Source: Gracilinanus agilis (lineage: Eukaryota). Taken from it: a stretch of DNA of 64,000 bases. The DNA lies in assembly GCF_016433145.1 (NCBI RefSeq), contig NC_058131.1:714479988-714543987 (forward strand), given 5' to 3'. A program made the position numbers and the translations under genes. Shown here one piece after another: positions 51,876 through 64,000 of this stretch. The stretch's first letter is position 1, and each line of letters begins with the position of its first letter. A model generated the notes under the pieces. It made no database searches. It was not told the origin of the DNA and saw nothing but the letters and a program-made list of their open reading frames with translations.

Positions 51876-54639
51876 GAGACAAAAGAGAGAGACAGAGACA
51901 AAGAGACAAAGAGACAGAGAGTTACTGTGTTTGAAGCACAAAACCTTGATGTAGCAAACTCTTGTCTATATGAAGTCTCCCTGCATCCTCCCTGCCCAGC
52001 ATCCCTTCACCCTTCAGTAAAATCATAATAAAGGCATGTTGGTTTTGTGCAAGTATTTAAAAGATGACCATAAGAGAATGGGATTAATAGACTTCAGGCA
52101 GCCAATTAAAAACCAACAAGGGTTTGTGTATAAATGTATATACATACATATACACATATTTTATATATATATATATAATGCACATATAATGTATATGTAA
52201 TAAATATACATATATACACATATACATATATTGGTATGTATTGGCATATATGTGTGTGTGTGTGTGTTTATAAGTATATCTGTATATGTACATAGAGTGG
52301 CTACCATGTGCCCTATATTGTGCTGGGCACTTAGAGTAGATGTGTTCAAAGATTGAAGCAATCCTATCCAAAAGGAGCATACATTTGTATGGGGAAGATG
52401 AGAAATCTATAGAGTATAAGTGTGTATATGGGTGGGCATATATGTGTGTACATATGCATATGAACATGCATGTACTTATCTATACAGTATCATTGTAAAG
52501 AGTATCTGCAGAAGTCATTGTTGGAGTCATATGTTAATGGAAGAGGTGCAGGTCAGGAGATGTTCATTTCAGGCAGGTGGGATGGACTTGTTCATCTTCG
52601 TTCCAATGGACAAAACTTAGAATAATTATTAGAAATTTCTTAGCATCCTGTCGGGAAGCATTTTCTAACAATCTGAGTGATCCACACGGTGGCATCAATT
52701 CCCTTGGAAAGATGGCGGACTTCCCTCACTGGTGGTCTGTAGGCCAAATCTAGGGGGCCACTTATTACCTATGTTGTAGAAGAGACGGTATGCCCATGTC
52801 AGTCCACCTAGGTAACCCCAGAGATGACATTAACCTCAAAGAACACAGGCTTTTTGATGTCATGGTCATCTGAATCTGACACCAGCTAACATCAAAGCAA
52901 TGTTTCAGGACCTTCTGTCCAGATGAACATTCATGTCTGCCCCAATAATTCATATTAAAAGAATTCCTGAAAACTTCACTCCCCATCTCTCTGGGAGCTG
53001 GGAATTAGCACACCAATATGTACCTTTGGGTCAAATTTAAAAAATCCTTTTTTGGGGGCATGGGGATGTTTCCCATAAATGTTTCTATAATCAAAGGAGA
53101 ATTTAATAAGAAATAAAACTAAAATAACCATACAAAATGGAGATGAATGTCATTTGGATGCTATAAGTCCCCAATAATGGTCTAGCTACATTTTTGGTTC
53201 TTACTGTTTATCCACTCATTAAACACTGTACTAAGTTTTGACATTTAGGTTTTGTGTGGCAGTAGATTTTAAATGAAAATGATGGTCTTGGCAGCTTAGG
53301 AGGTAATTTCAGCAGGCCTAAATATCCAAGAGTGATTTCAAATTTTAATCTTTTTGGCTGGAGTTGGTATCTGCTTTCTATAAACCTGAACTCTTTCTGA
53401 GCTCTTAATTATTGGAGTGGTCATTTGTCTCTAATATTAGAAATGAATGCTGGCCACACAATTGAAAAGGCTCAAATTTCTTTTTTACATGGTTGTTATA
53501 TAAATAGAGGTGTATGTGAATTGGATGTTGGGTCCTTACCGAATTCAGAGTCCTGTTTTATCTCTCCTTTGATTCCCATGGTTAATTTCTTTAACTTAAT
53601 TTGGTGACATAATTGTGGTTTTTCTTAGTAGTATACAGAAGGCATTGTGATACAATCCTATGTCTGTTAGAGTTAGAATCACAGATACTTTTATTAAGCA
53701 CATTTAAAGAAAAAGTTCAAATCCTGGTACTTGGACTGAAATCCAAAGCAATGAAAGGGATTGATTCAACAACTCATACACGAAAAACAGAGTGGATGAA
53801 AATTATTGTTCAGACCATGATATGTAGTTAGAGCCAGTGTAAAGGTACAAAGATGGCTTTAAATTGTGTGTGTATTCATATGATTTGGAAATTGTTATCT
53901 CACACTGTAATTTAATGGGCCTTGTAAACTCCGATTGTGGAAACCCCCTCCATAGATGCAAATTAAAAAAAATCTGTATAAATTCTAGTCTTGGGAAGTT
54001 ACCTGGGGCACTGAGATGATAAGAGAGACTCTTGCCAATATGCTCACAGTTGAAACTCATTCAGCATGGCTATAGATACAGTCTGAGAGATAATTGTATA
54101 GAACGTAGGAAATATACAAATTCTGCTCCTTCTCTGAGATTCAGTTTCCACATCCGTAAATTGAAGAGATTAGATTATTTGACCCTGAAGGTTGTCTATA
54201 GCTCTAAACCTTTGACTTTATCATCTGTGATCTTCAGTTAGATGATAAAAAGCAAAGGAAGGAAGAGTGAAACTCTAGGTAACTTAGATGTGAAAAATAT
54301 TGAGGATGGGAAATTTCAGAAAGATTCCTATCATGTAGGAACATGACAAATTCCTATCTCTTGTTTGCAGAAGAGGTATGGGAAATTTTGAAATTGATGC
54401 TTTTGCATGTGACCAGACAAGCAAAGTTTTTTTGTTATTGTTTTTGTTGCTTGTTTGTTTTTTATTAAGCCAATTCAGAGACAAGGTATGCTGTGCACTG
54501 GGGAGAAAAATACCATGGAATTAAAAAGTGAAGACTTGGGTTTGTGAAGGTGGGGATGATGCCCATCTAGTTGTCAGTCTCTGTTTTGTGCTTTCCCTGC
54601 TGAAGATAGGCACAGTGTCAGAGATGCTCATCCATCCCT

Positions 54640-55035
54640 CTTTGCTTTTTTTGAGATCACATCTATTGCATTGTGTTCAGTTATGAGCACTGCATTTTAT
54701 TTAATTTTTTTAAACCATTACCTTTTATCTTATTGTTTCTAAGATAGAAGAGTGGTAAGGGCTAGGCACTCTGGGTTAAATGACTTGCCCAGAGTCACAC
54801 AGCTAGGAAGTGTCTTAAGTCGGATTTGAATCCAGGACCTCCCATATCTGGGCCTAGCTCTTGGTCCCCTGAACCACCTAGATACCCCCTGGGCTCTGCA
54901 TTTTAGAAAGGGCATAGGAAAAAAGAAACTGAAATGTGTCCACAGGAGGTCAGTCAGAATGGCAGTGGGCCTTGACATCATTCCATGTAGGGACTGATTG
55001 AAGGAGCTGACAAAATTTAGCCTGGAGAATAGATC
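54640..55035 (+). mobile_element. CR1/L3 fragment split by a SINE
   Basis: TTGTGTTCAGTTATGAGCACTGCATTTTAGAAAGG...GAAGGAGCTG...TTTAGCCTGGAGAA, corresponding to CVQF..PHF.K...KEL..FSLEK. Confidence 0.7.
54700..54889 (-). mobile_element. Older SINE1_Mdo-type SINE inserted into a CR1/L3 fragment
   Basis: Reverse SINE. TSD TGAGCACTGCATTTTA (54684-54699) / TGGGCTCTGCATTTTA (54890-54905). Confidence 0.9.
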
Positions 55036-57348
55036 TCCCAATTCCATAATAGTATTTATATTTATTGGTAAAGCATAATCATAGTAGAGAGTAAATCCTG
55101 CTTGTCTCTTAGGGGCTTATGTCTATCTTGTGGTTGCTTCTACAAAATGTACTCATTTCCATTTGAGAGTAGCTTCCAGGCCTATAAATTAAAAGGCTCA
55201 TAAATGAAACTTTCTCAAGTTTATATTACATTATAATATTTAACTGTAAAAATATATGTGGCATAATCCTTCATAGTGTCATGTTTTACAGATGTCATCT
55301 CTCTTCCTTTCTCAGATTTTTCATATTGAGAACTCTCATAAAAATTGAAAAGCAAAAGGCCACATCACATGAGAATCATTGATAACTTTTATTGTCTGGT
55401 ATTGTCTTCTGAGTTATTGGCAAGCGGAACACGACACATGTATTCCGTCCTTCAAGAGACATTTATTAAGTGCTTGCTGTGTTCAATAGATCAGGTTTGA
55501 TGCTGGTAAAGCTAAAATGTTTAGAAAAGACATTCCCTTTTTTCCCAGCTTCTCCACTCTACAATCAATCTTCCTCCCTGCTGCCAAAGTAATTATTCAA
55601 AAGCAGAAGTTTCCCCATCTCACTTTGGTATTCAAGAATCTTCAAGGGCCATCCAATGTCTCCAGTATAAGATACAAATGCTTCAGCTTGGCTTTGAAAA
55701 CTCCTTATAATCTAGAAAAAAAGCTCCATTTTCAAGGAGTGTTACATGTTTTTCTTTCCCTATCCTCTATTTTCCAACCAATCTGGCCCCTTAATAGTAT
55801 TTTGATTTAGCCTTACATTTCTTTCATCTTTGTCTTTGGACACATGGTTCCACATGCCTGTCATGCACCCTCCTTTTACTTGAATTTTGTAGCTTCCTTC
55901 AAGTTCAAACTCATGTTATATATCGTAGGGCAGCATTGGGAAAGGTTTTCAAGTGTGGGTACCCAAACTACAACTTCAAACTGCCTGTGAGCCCTCCACA
56001 TTACTCCAGAGAGCAGAGGAAGGAAGAACTCCCCTTTGGGTGGCTGGACAGAGAGGCAGGGCATGCAAAAATGTATTCTGGCACTGGGAAGAGGGATAAT
56101 GGAGAAACTTCTCCACTCCTGAACACCTTCCTACTATCTGGGCATGTGTGCCAATATTTCACCAATGCTTTCCTAGAGAAAACCTTTCCTGTTACCCTGA
56201 CTGTTTAGTATTTTTCCCACCTTGAATTATCTTACATTTCTCTGTGCATATTAATCTTTATTTCTCCTTCTCCTTCTCCATGACCTGTCATTTCCTTTTA
56301 GAGATCTATCAACAAAAAAGGAACAGTCTTCACTTTTTCTGTTAACTTCCAGACTAAATAGGACACTGAGAGATTGTGACTTGCTAAAGGTCACACAATC
56401 AGTGTCAAAGATAGAACTTAAAAGCATATCTTCTGGACTCTTTAGCAAGCTCAGTATTCATGCCAAGCAAGCTGTGCCAAATAGGCTATTTACCCTAAAA
56501 CATGTAAACGCAATCAAAAAAGGGATTTTTTGGTTAATTTCTTTTTCTTTTGTTTTGCATTTTTAATATAATATTGGAGCTCAACATGGTGCCTTACACA
56601 TAGCAGAAGATTCATATTTGTTTTTTACCCTTGAATTAGATTGGTTTGAATGGATTAAGTTGCAATAGATTCCAATGGATTTCCCTCATGGGATTTGCTA
56701 TCTTTAAATATGTATATGTTACAATATCTCATCTATTCATCTCTTTTCTATTGTTAAATATTTAATCCCTAACTCTTATCTCTGCTTTTTAACTTTGCAT
56801 ATTTGGAGTCTACTTGTCTCTAATTTTTAAAGGTGGGGAAATAATTTTAATTCACATTCTGGAATATTGGTCTTGCTTTCTGTAATTAAAAAAAAAAGTT
56901 CTTTACTGGAATATTGAGAATGAGAACACATCCTCAAGCAAAAATTTGCCCTCTCTTTGTCAAGTTCAAGTGTCTGTATATTTAAATCCCTAGCTTGTAT
57001 TTTACATTAATGTGGCATTCTCTACAACTTATGGCCAGGGCTAATTTGCACTTGTCAAAATAAATGTACTCTCCCTGTAAGATATTTGGTCACGCTTAAA
57101 ACATCATTTTGGTTGAACTTTGTTCCCTTTTGATTATGCAGAATACTTGTTTCCATTTCAGGCTTACAAAGTCATCTGACCTGTTGCACCTACAAATTGG
57201 TACCCACTGGTGCCATTTGTTCAAAATCCACAGCCTATAATTTTACCTTGATATGGAAAAGTAGTTCAGTCCATTAGATCTGTAGCATAAATGATGTATC
57301 CCATAATCTTTACTTAAGGGTTTGGGAAATGCCCATATTTAAGAAAAT

Positions 57349-57351
<3 letters not shown>

Positions 57352-57389
<38 letters not shown>
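57352..57389 (+). repeat. (CA)n microsatellite
   Basis: Direct reading. Confidence 0.98.
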
Positions 57390-57391
<2 letters not shown>

Positions 57392-57478
57392 ATAGTGGCT
57401 CTCTCCCTGATGCCCAGATGACAAGAGATAAGAAGTTAGACTTTTGATTTCTCATAATGGACAAATCTGATCATTCAA

Positions 57479-58426
57479 TGTAGTAAAGAGAGGTGGGGGG
57501 TGCATAGCAGTTTTGCAGGCTTTGGCTGAGTTCTTATGTCAGTTAGGAGTTTAGAATCTTGAGAGAGGTTTGTAGTTGGATCTGGGTACTCGTGGAGAGG
57601 ACCAGGGCCAGCTGAGCTGCTTCTTCTCCTGCTTGAGATTGAAAACCTAGCCTAGTTTTGAAGTGTTTTTTTGAGATTTGTTAATTTAGATAAACCCTTT
57701 GAATCTTCATACCCTACCTCATTTCCCTACCTTCCTTTCTCTTACCTAAGTGTCTGATAGGAGTGAATAAGGAGATTGAAATCAGAGAGTAGTTTCAAAT
57801 CTGTGAGAGTTCAGCTCCACTCTTGCAGTACTTTATCTAGAGAGGTCTGGTAGCCATCATCATAATTCCTTTTGATTTCAAGATCACCTTGAGAGTTGAG
57901 TCAAGGCAGATCCTTGCTCAAACTCCATTCCTGCTTCCCTTCCCCTACCTGAGGTTTCTTTAAACAACTTTTAGGGCTTCCTTTAATCCTCTTACCTGAC
58001 AATTTAACCTGAGAAGACAATAAACCCCTTTTGTTTTAAACTGACCTTTTAGTTACTTTGTCAGTTAATTAGTAAGAAAGGGAAGAAGAGGAATAGAATC
58101 AACATACTCTGGGTTTGAGGGAAGCCGGGTATCCATCTTGAAGGAAGGTGTAACTGCAAAACAATTCCCTTCCTGTGAAATTAACTAAAGCCTGTAGTCA
58201 CTTTCAATACCTAATATATTCACTTGAATATCTTCAGCCTTGAATCCCTTGCTTTGTCTTGTTCCCTGATCCTACCAGTTATTACTCCTAGCTTCAGCCT
58301 CATATTTTATCCTGCATCTCACTATTACATCCTACCGAATTCCCATATTACCTCCCTAGCAAGTCCCTGTTATCATCCTTCCAAATCCCCTATAACATAA
58401 CATCCTTCCTAAATTCACCTATAACA
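57479..58426 (+). mobile_element. Solo ERV LTR (948 bp, 4 bp TSD)
   Basis: Termini TGTAG...ATAACA, exact TSD TCAA at 57475-57478 and 58427-58430, and AATAAA at 58019-58024. Confidence 0.85.
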
Positions 58427-60729
58427 TCAATGATTATAAGCATTTCATCAACTTTGTCTCCTTAGCCTTTTAAAGGAAATATTTGAAAGAACAGCTCCTA
58501 TTCCCTACCTTCTAAGATAACCTTACCATGTCAGTGGATTACATTGAAGAAATCCTGGCATTCATTTTGAGCTGACTATTATTTCAGGGTGTCAGACTGT
58601 GGTCTGTGAGAAGGGGCTTAGAGAGTTCCTATGAGGAAAGGAGATATATTGAATATGGTCATACCTATAGCCATGGAATAAACAAAGAAGTTTGATTCTT
58701 TTTCTATCTAAGGCACCTGAAAGAACCATGTCAGCTTCAGGGATGTTTATAGGAACTACTGTGTTTGCATCTCTTCACACCAAGTTTAATCATGACCATA
58801 CTGAACACCTCATGCTATATGACCACTATAGAAAATTTAGAAAAGGGCAATGAATGGAATCAAAGAAAACAGGAAAGCAGAGGAGGTTTATGTTTAAAAT
58901 GAGTGAAGATGGGGGCAAGTAACCAGAACCACCACAACAAAAAAAGACAATTTATTCAAATAATGTTTGCATTAGGATGATGTGCAACCCACAGTGATTA
59001 GGAGGGCAATAAGTTGTGTCACTTTTCACCTATGTAGCTTGAACTCACTGTTGGGTTTTTGTTTAATTTTTCCTCAAAAACAGAGCACAATCAGCAATTC
59101 CTTTTTTAATTCTTTCCTGACCCTTTCCTCCAACTGCTGGTGTCCTCTTCAAGCCACCTGATACTCATTTTGTGTATGTTGCATATGTATATGCCCCCAT
59201 GCCATTGAAAAGGTAGCTTCTTGAAGTTGTCACATTTTTGCATTTGTATTCCATGTCTTAGCACAAAATAGTCACTTAATACATGTTGGTCCATTACTTG
59301 ATTGACTTATTGAATAATCAGATGTAAGTATGCAAATTTGAAATTATCAGTCTATTAGAGTCAGTTTTCAGAGTAATTAGCAAATTGAAGAACTATCATT
59401 CCATTTATCTGAAATAGTATTTAATCAAGCAGCAGCATCTCTTAGATTATTTGTACCTCTCAGGTGTGACCTGAAGAAAGTCAAAGCTCATTTGTGGATT
59501 CCCTCCTATTCCTTTTTGTTTATTTATTTGTTCTATTGAAGATAACCTCAATGCATACTGATACTGTCTGGGCATTGTGGCAAAGAATAATAACTCAATG
59601 TTCCCAGTGAATGAATATAAGTTCTTTGGGGGTAGGGAATGCTTCATTTTGGTATCACTAACAGAAAGCAAGACAATGAATATAATAAGACTTCATTAAA
59701 GGTCTGTTGATATTATACATATAACATATTATACATATAAAAATATATATGCATATATATTACCAGTTTATGAAGTTGTGTGCTGAGAAGATATAGAAAC
59801 TGGATCTAGTCATTATTTTCTCAATAATGTAGCATTTTACCTTTAGGGTTAAAAGGACTGGTTCTCTATCTCTAGTGTCAAGGCCTGTTTTTAGGTAGAC
59901 ATAAAAATAATCTGAGTGGGGGGCACTTATGAAGGATATTGTTAGTTAAGTGTGACATCTGTAATTCATACTGTCCTTAATGACATCTTTTTATCTTCTT
60001 TTATCGATTAATATAATATTTTTTGGAGTGGGGGTTGTGTGGTAGAAATAGACAAATAATGGAATCCATGGTCCTAAATGTTCACCTTGAGGGCCTTGAC
60101 TTCATCTTCTATATAAATTTTGTAAGTTATAACTAAATTATATCTAAGAATGATACCAGCCCAAAACACAGTGCTATCCCCAGTAGCTCCAGATTGTGTT
60201 ACAGTGCCCCTAAAGAATCCATAAATCAAATATTCTCTGGCAACATTTCCATTCCTCTCTAATGGATAAAGAGAAATGTTTTCTGATCTTTCCTTCAAGA
60301 GATTCCCTGTCTAAATTCACACATGGTATGATTTAGAATGAATCTTGGGCACAATTGAGACAGGTGCATCTTCTCTGTGTTTCTTTTAAATGAAAGAGAA
60401 AGGTGAAGAGCCTGGCATTCTTTGAGATCATGGAAAAATAAAGAACAGAAAGGGGAAAAAAGATGCTCATTGAATTTTATCTGTGGTTTCAATGGATCTT
60501 CTTGTGAGGTGTTTGACATCTATCAAAAATGGAATCTGAAGGAAAATGGGGAAAATCTATTTTATTATCAAAGTACACTAAAAATATTTGGATTCCTGTT
60601 ACTCGAATATGAAAAAAATATTCTCTTCTGTCTGGTAATTCAACTGCATCATGTCTTTAAAGCTTACCTTCAGACTAACCAATATACCCTATTCTATAGT
60701 ATTTAAAAGTATAATTTGACCTCATAGCC

Positions 60730-60947
60730 CTATGTTGGCAAACCTATGGCACACGTGCCAGAAGGGGCTGTTCCCTTCCCTCTCTCCATGTACACCTGAG
60801 GACTTTTCTCCCATCACCTGCCCATCTCCCCAGCAGCCCAATGGGAACATTTTCTCCTTCCCTTGTATGAGGCAAGGCAGGGGGCTCACATGCAGCATGA
60901 GTGTTGCAGTTTGGGCACTTACTTTCTAAAAGGTTCCCCCATCATTG
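60730..60947 (+). mobile_element. Non-autonomous hAT DNA transposon (OC1-like MITE), 218 bp
   Basis: CTATGTTGGCAAACCTATGGCACACGTGCC...CTAAAAGGTTCCCCCATCATTG, 8 bp TSD TCATAGCC / TCACAGAC (6/8 match), and an internal module shared with the 9717 copy. Confidence 0.8.
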
Positions 60948-61660
60948 TCACAGACCATTACACTTCTCAGCCTCTGCTGATTTCTCTCCTTCAAAGATCC
61001 TGACACATCGTTACTTAAGCTTGTTTTTTATGCTTTAGCAAGGAGCTAGCCTACTAAAAGGAAGAATCTAACATAATATGGATACTTAATCAACAATTGG
61101 AAATCAGGTACTCTATGTGACTCTTTTTAATCAGTATTTTCAGTGAATCACTAGAGTTCACCCACAGCCTCCTTTTTTCTTTTTTCTTTGACTTAGTATC
61201 ACTTAATTAAAGCATTTACCATCAATCCAGTCTCATATACTTGAATAGATATAATCTTTGTAGTCATCATTAAAATAAAAAATTACAAGGGAATATCACA
61301 CTGTGCCATAATTTTTAGCTTTAATTATAACCATGTATATAAATGATAACACACAGAACTGAGTTGAAAAGGATATGGGATAAAAGGAATAGAAAATCCT
61401 GCCCTGTCTTCCAGATCAGACAACTGGCTTATTGAAGGAATGCTTCAATTTGACAAAGTTTACTCTCATCATTCAATTGAATGCAAATTGATTGGGGTTT
61501 GTAGGTGGTTGTAGCAGTCATTAATCTTGACTGAATGTCCTGGTTTCCCTTTCAAATGTAAAATCAATTATCAAATGAAATACTTATGAAAAAAGGCTGC
61601 CTTCTTTAATAAGAGGGTTATAATATTTTAGGGGAAAGGCTTAAAAAACAAATCAGTTGA

Positions 61661-61846
61661 GGGGCAGCTGGGTAGCTCAGTGGAGTGAGAGTCAGGCCTA
61701 GAGACAGGAGGTCCTAGGTTCAAACCTGGCCTCACCCACTTCCCAGCTGTGTGACCCTGGACAAGTCACTTGACCCCCATTGCCCACCCTTACCAATCTT
61801 CCACCTATGAGACAATACACCAAAGTACAAGGGTTTAAAAAAAAAA
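61661..61846 (+). mobile_element. Young SINE1_Mdo/SINE-1_MD-type SINE
   Basis: Intact A and B boxes and poly(A). Perfect TSD (AAAAAA)CAAATCAGTTGA on both sides. Confidence 0.96.
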
Positions 61847-62678
61847 CAAATCAGTTGAAAATAGCTTGATAAATGGACATGATTTAATAAAAATTCTGTC
61901 TTTTCAGTGTTATTATTTACTACATTAAAATAGCTGAGATTTATATTTTAAAGTTGTAAAGGTTCCTTAAATCTATTATTTCCTTCAATTTTTAGACTAA
62001 CTCCAGGATAAAAATACCATAGAGAGTTATGCCTATTTTATAGGTTCAGTCAAGGCTTAGATTAAATGACTTACCTATGAACAAAAGACAGTAATTATTA
62101 TAGGTAGTATTTGAACTATCTCCTTGCATCACAGTAGAAAAGCATTTAATAGGGGCTCAGACAGCCTGAATTTCAATCTTTAATACTTGTTTACTTTTAT
62201 AACCCACAGCAAGTTATTTACCTTTTCTGAATGTCAATTTCATCTACTGAGTGGAGGGGGGTGGATTTCAGAATTAACATCCAATAGTTAAATATTATAT
62301 TTAATTAAGTTTTTATTAATAATGAACTAACCAAAGAGACCTAACTAAAAGTTACTAACCAGCCTGCTCCCAGGAGCAAAACAGGAAGAATGAGGCAGAG
62401 CATCAGAACTTATACAAATGTGACCACACAAATGTAAACAAAAGGAAAAGCATTCTAGGTAATACAGAAAGGAACTCTGGGCAATGCAGTTTTTAGGGGT
62501 TCAAGATTTTCCAACTATACAGGGTGCTGAACTAGAATACTTTCTTAAGCAGCTAGATCACATAGTGAACAGAGCTTGGAGTTAGGAAAACCTAAGGTAA
62601 AATTCAACCTCAAATTTTTATGAGCTAGCTGACCCTGAGCAAGTCACTTACTCTCTGTCACTTAACACTTATCTCCAT

Positions 62679-64000
62679 ATTTTTTTTTATAATTTAAATA
62701 TTTTATTTTTTTAGAAAAAATTTTCCATGGTTACATGATGCATGTTTTTACTTTCCCCTTCACCCCCCCTTTAAACCCTCCCATATCCAATGCACATTTC
62801 CACTGGTTTTAACATGTGTGATCAGTCAAGACTTATTTACATATTATTTACATGTGCATTGGTGTGGTAATTTAGTGTCTAAATCCCCAACCATGTCCAC
62901 ATCAACCCATGTGTTCAAACGGTTGTTTTACTTCTGTGTTTCCACCCCTGCAGTTCTTCCTCTGAATGTGGATAGCATTCCTTTCCATAAATCCCTCAAA
63001 AATGTCCTGGGTCATTACATTGCTGCCAGTACAGAAGTCCATTACATTCGATTTTACCACAGTGTATTGGTCTCTGTGCACAATGTTCTTCTGGCTCTGC
63101 TCCTTTCACTCTGCATCAATTCCTGGAGGTCTTTCCAATTCACATGGAATTCCTCTGGTTTATTATTCCTTTGAGCACAATAGTATTCCATCACCAGCAT
63201 ATACTACAATTTGTTCCTCCATTCCTCAATTGAAGGGCATTCCCTCATTTTCCAGTTTTTTGCCACCACAAAAAGTGTGGCTATAAATATCTTTGTACAA
63301 GTCTGTTTATCTATGATCTCTTTGGGGGTACAAACCCAGCAATGCTATGGCTGGATCGAAGGGCAGGAAGTCTTTTAGAGCTCTTTGGGCATAGTTCCAA
63401 ATTGCCATTCAGAATGGTTGGATCAGTTCAGAACTCCACCAGTAATGCATTGATGTCCCAATTTTACCACATCTCCACCAACATTCCTAACTCTCCCATG
63501 CTCTCATTTTAGCTAATCTGCTAGGTGTGAGGTGATATCTCAGAGTTGTTTTGATTTGTATTTCTCTAATTCTTAGAGATTTAGAACACTTTCTCATGTG
63601 CTTATTGATAGTTTTGATTTCTTTATCTGAAAATTACCTATTCATGTCCATTGCCCATTTATCAATTGGGAAATGGCTTGATTTTTTATGCAACTGATTT
63701 AGCTCCTTATATATTTGAGTAATTAGACCTCTGTCAGAGTTTTTTGTTATAAAGTTTCCCTTCTGATTTTGGTTGCATTGTTTTTGTTTGCACAAAAGCT
63801 TTTTAAATTAATATAATCAAAATTATTTTACATTTTGTAATTTTTTCTAACTATTTCTTGGTTTTAAAATCTTCCCTTTCCCATAGATCTGACAGGTATA
63901 TTATTCTATGTTCACCTAGTTTTCTTATAGTTTCCTTCTTTATATTCAAGTCATTCATCCATTCTGAATTTATCTTGGTGTAGGTGTGAGAAGTTGATCT
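62679..64000 (-). mobile_element. LINE-1 3' end, continuing beyond the window
   Basis: Near reverse complement of 47730-48870: ORF2 C-terminus, 3'UTR and T-rich tail. Confidence 0.93.

Noticed and set aside
57140-57205. Possible micro-exon (TTCCATTTCAG ... TTG|GTACCC)
   Set aside because: The donor is non-consensus and there is no supporting evidence.
60074-60298. FWAGII string resembling the Tc1-type GGGVMFWAGII motif
   Set aside because: No D-D-E catalytic motifs (xxDE, QQDNA, SPDLNPIE) or TIRs nearby, so this is probably a chance match.
1-64000. tRNA, rRNA, snRNA, miRNA, mitochondrial insertions and processed pseudogenes
   Set aside because: None recognised by eye. The A/B-box matches all belong to SINE heads. 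An Infernal/Rfam and BLAST search would be needed to exclude diverged copies.

Overview
This is mammalian, specifically marsupial, genomic DNA. The young SINE1_Mdo/SINE-1_MD-type SINEs, MAR1 CORE-SINEs and L1_Mdo-type LINE-1s point to an opossum such as Monodelphis; family names are from recall, not from a database search. The window is AT-rich, CpG-depleted, repeat-dense intronic or intergenic sequence with three assembly gaps. I recognise no host protein-coding exon, RNA gene, CRISPR array or other prokaryotic feature. The only real ORFs in the track are disrupted LINE-1 ORF1/ORF2 pieces, and the rest look spurious (microsatellite, gap or antisense-L1 frames). Main structures: (1) a CpG-retaining, repeat-free 2.4 kb island at about 18050-20500 holding a candidate 720 nt non-coding or 5' exon of an unidentified gene, with a strong acceptor, tandem GC/GT donors, a TGACAG motif cluster and a downstream (TG)n tract; (2) a formerly full-length L1 (43034-48873) inside an LTR, with its RT core deleted and three nested insertions, including a head-to-head SINE pair and an orphan polyadenylated insert; (3) three solo LTRs with TG..CA ends and 4 bp TSDs; (4) two non-autonomous hAT elements with OposCharlie1-like termini; (5) several repeat-free blocks that look like conserved non-coding elements. 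I found no convincing wholly novel biological system, and the findings are ranked accordingly.
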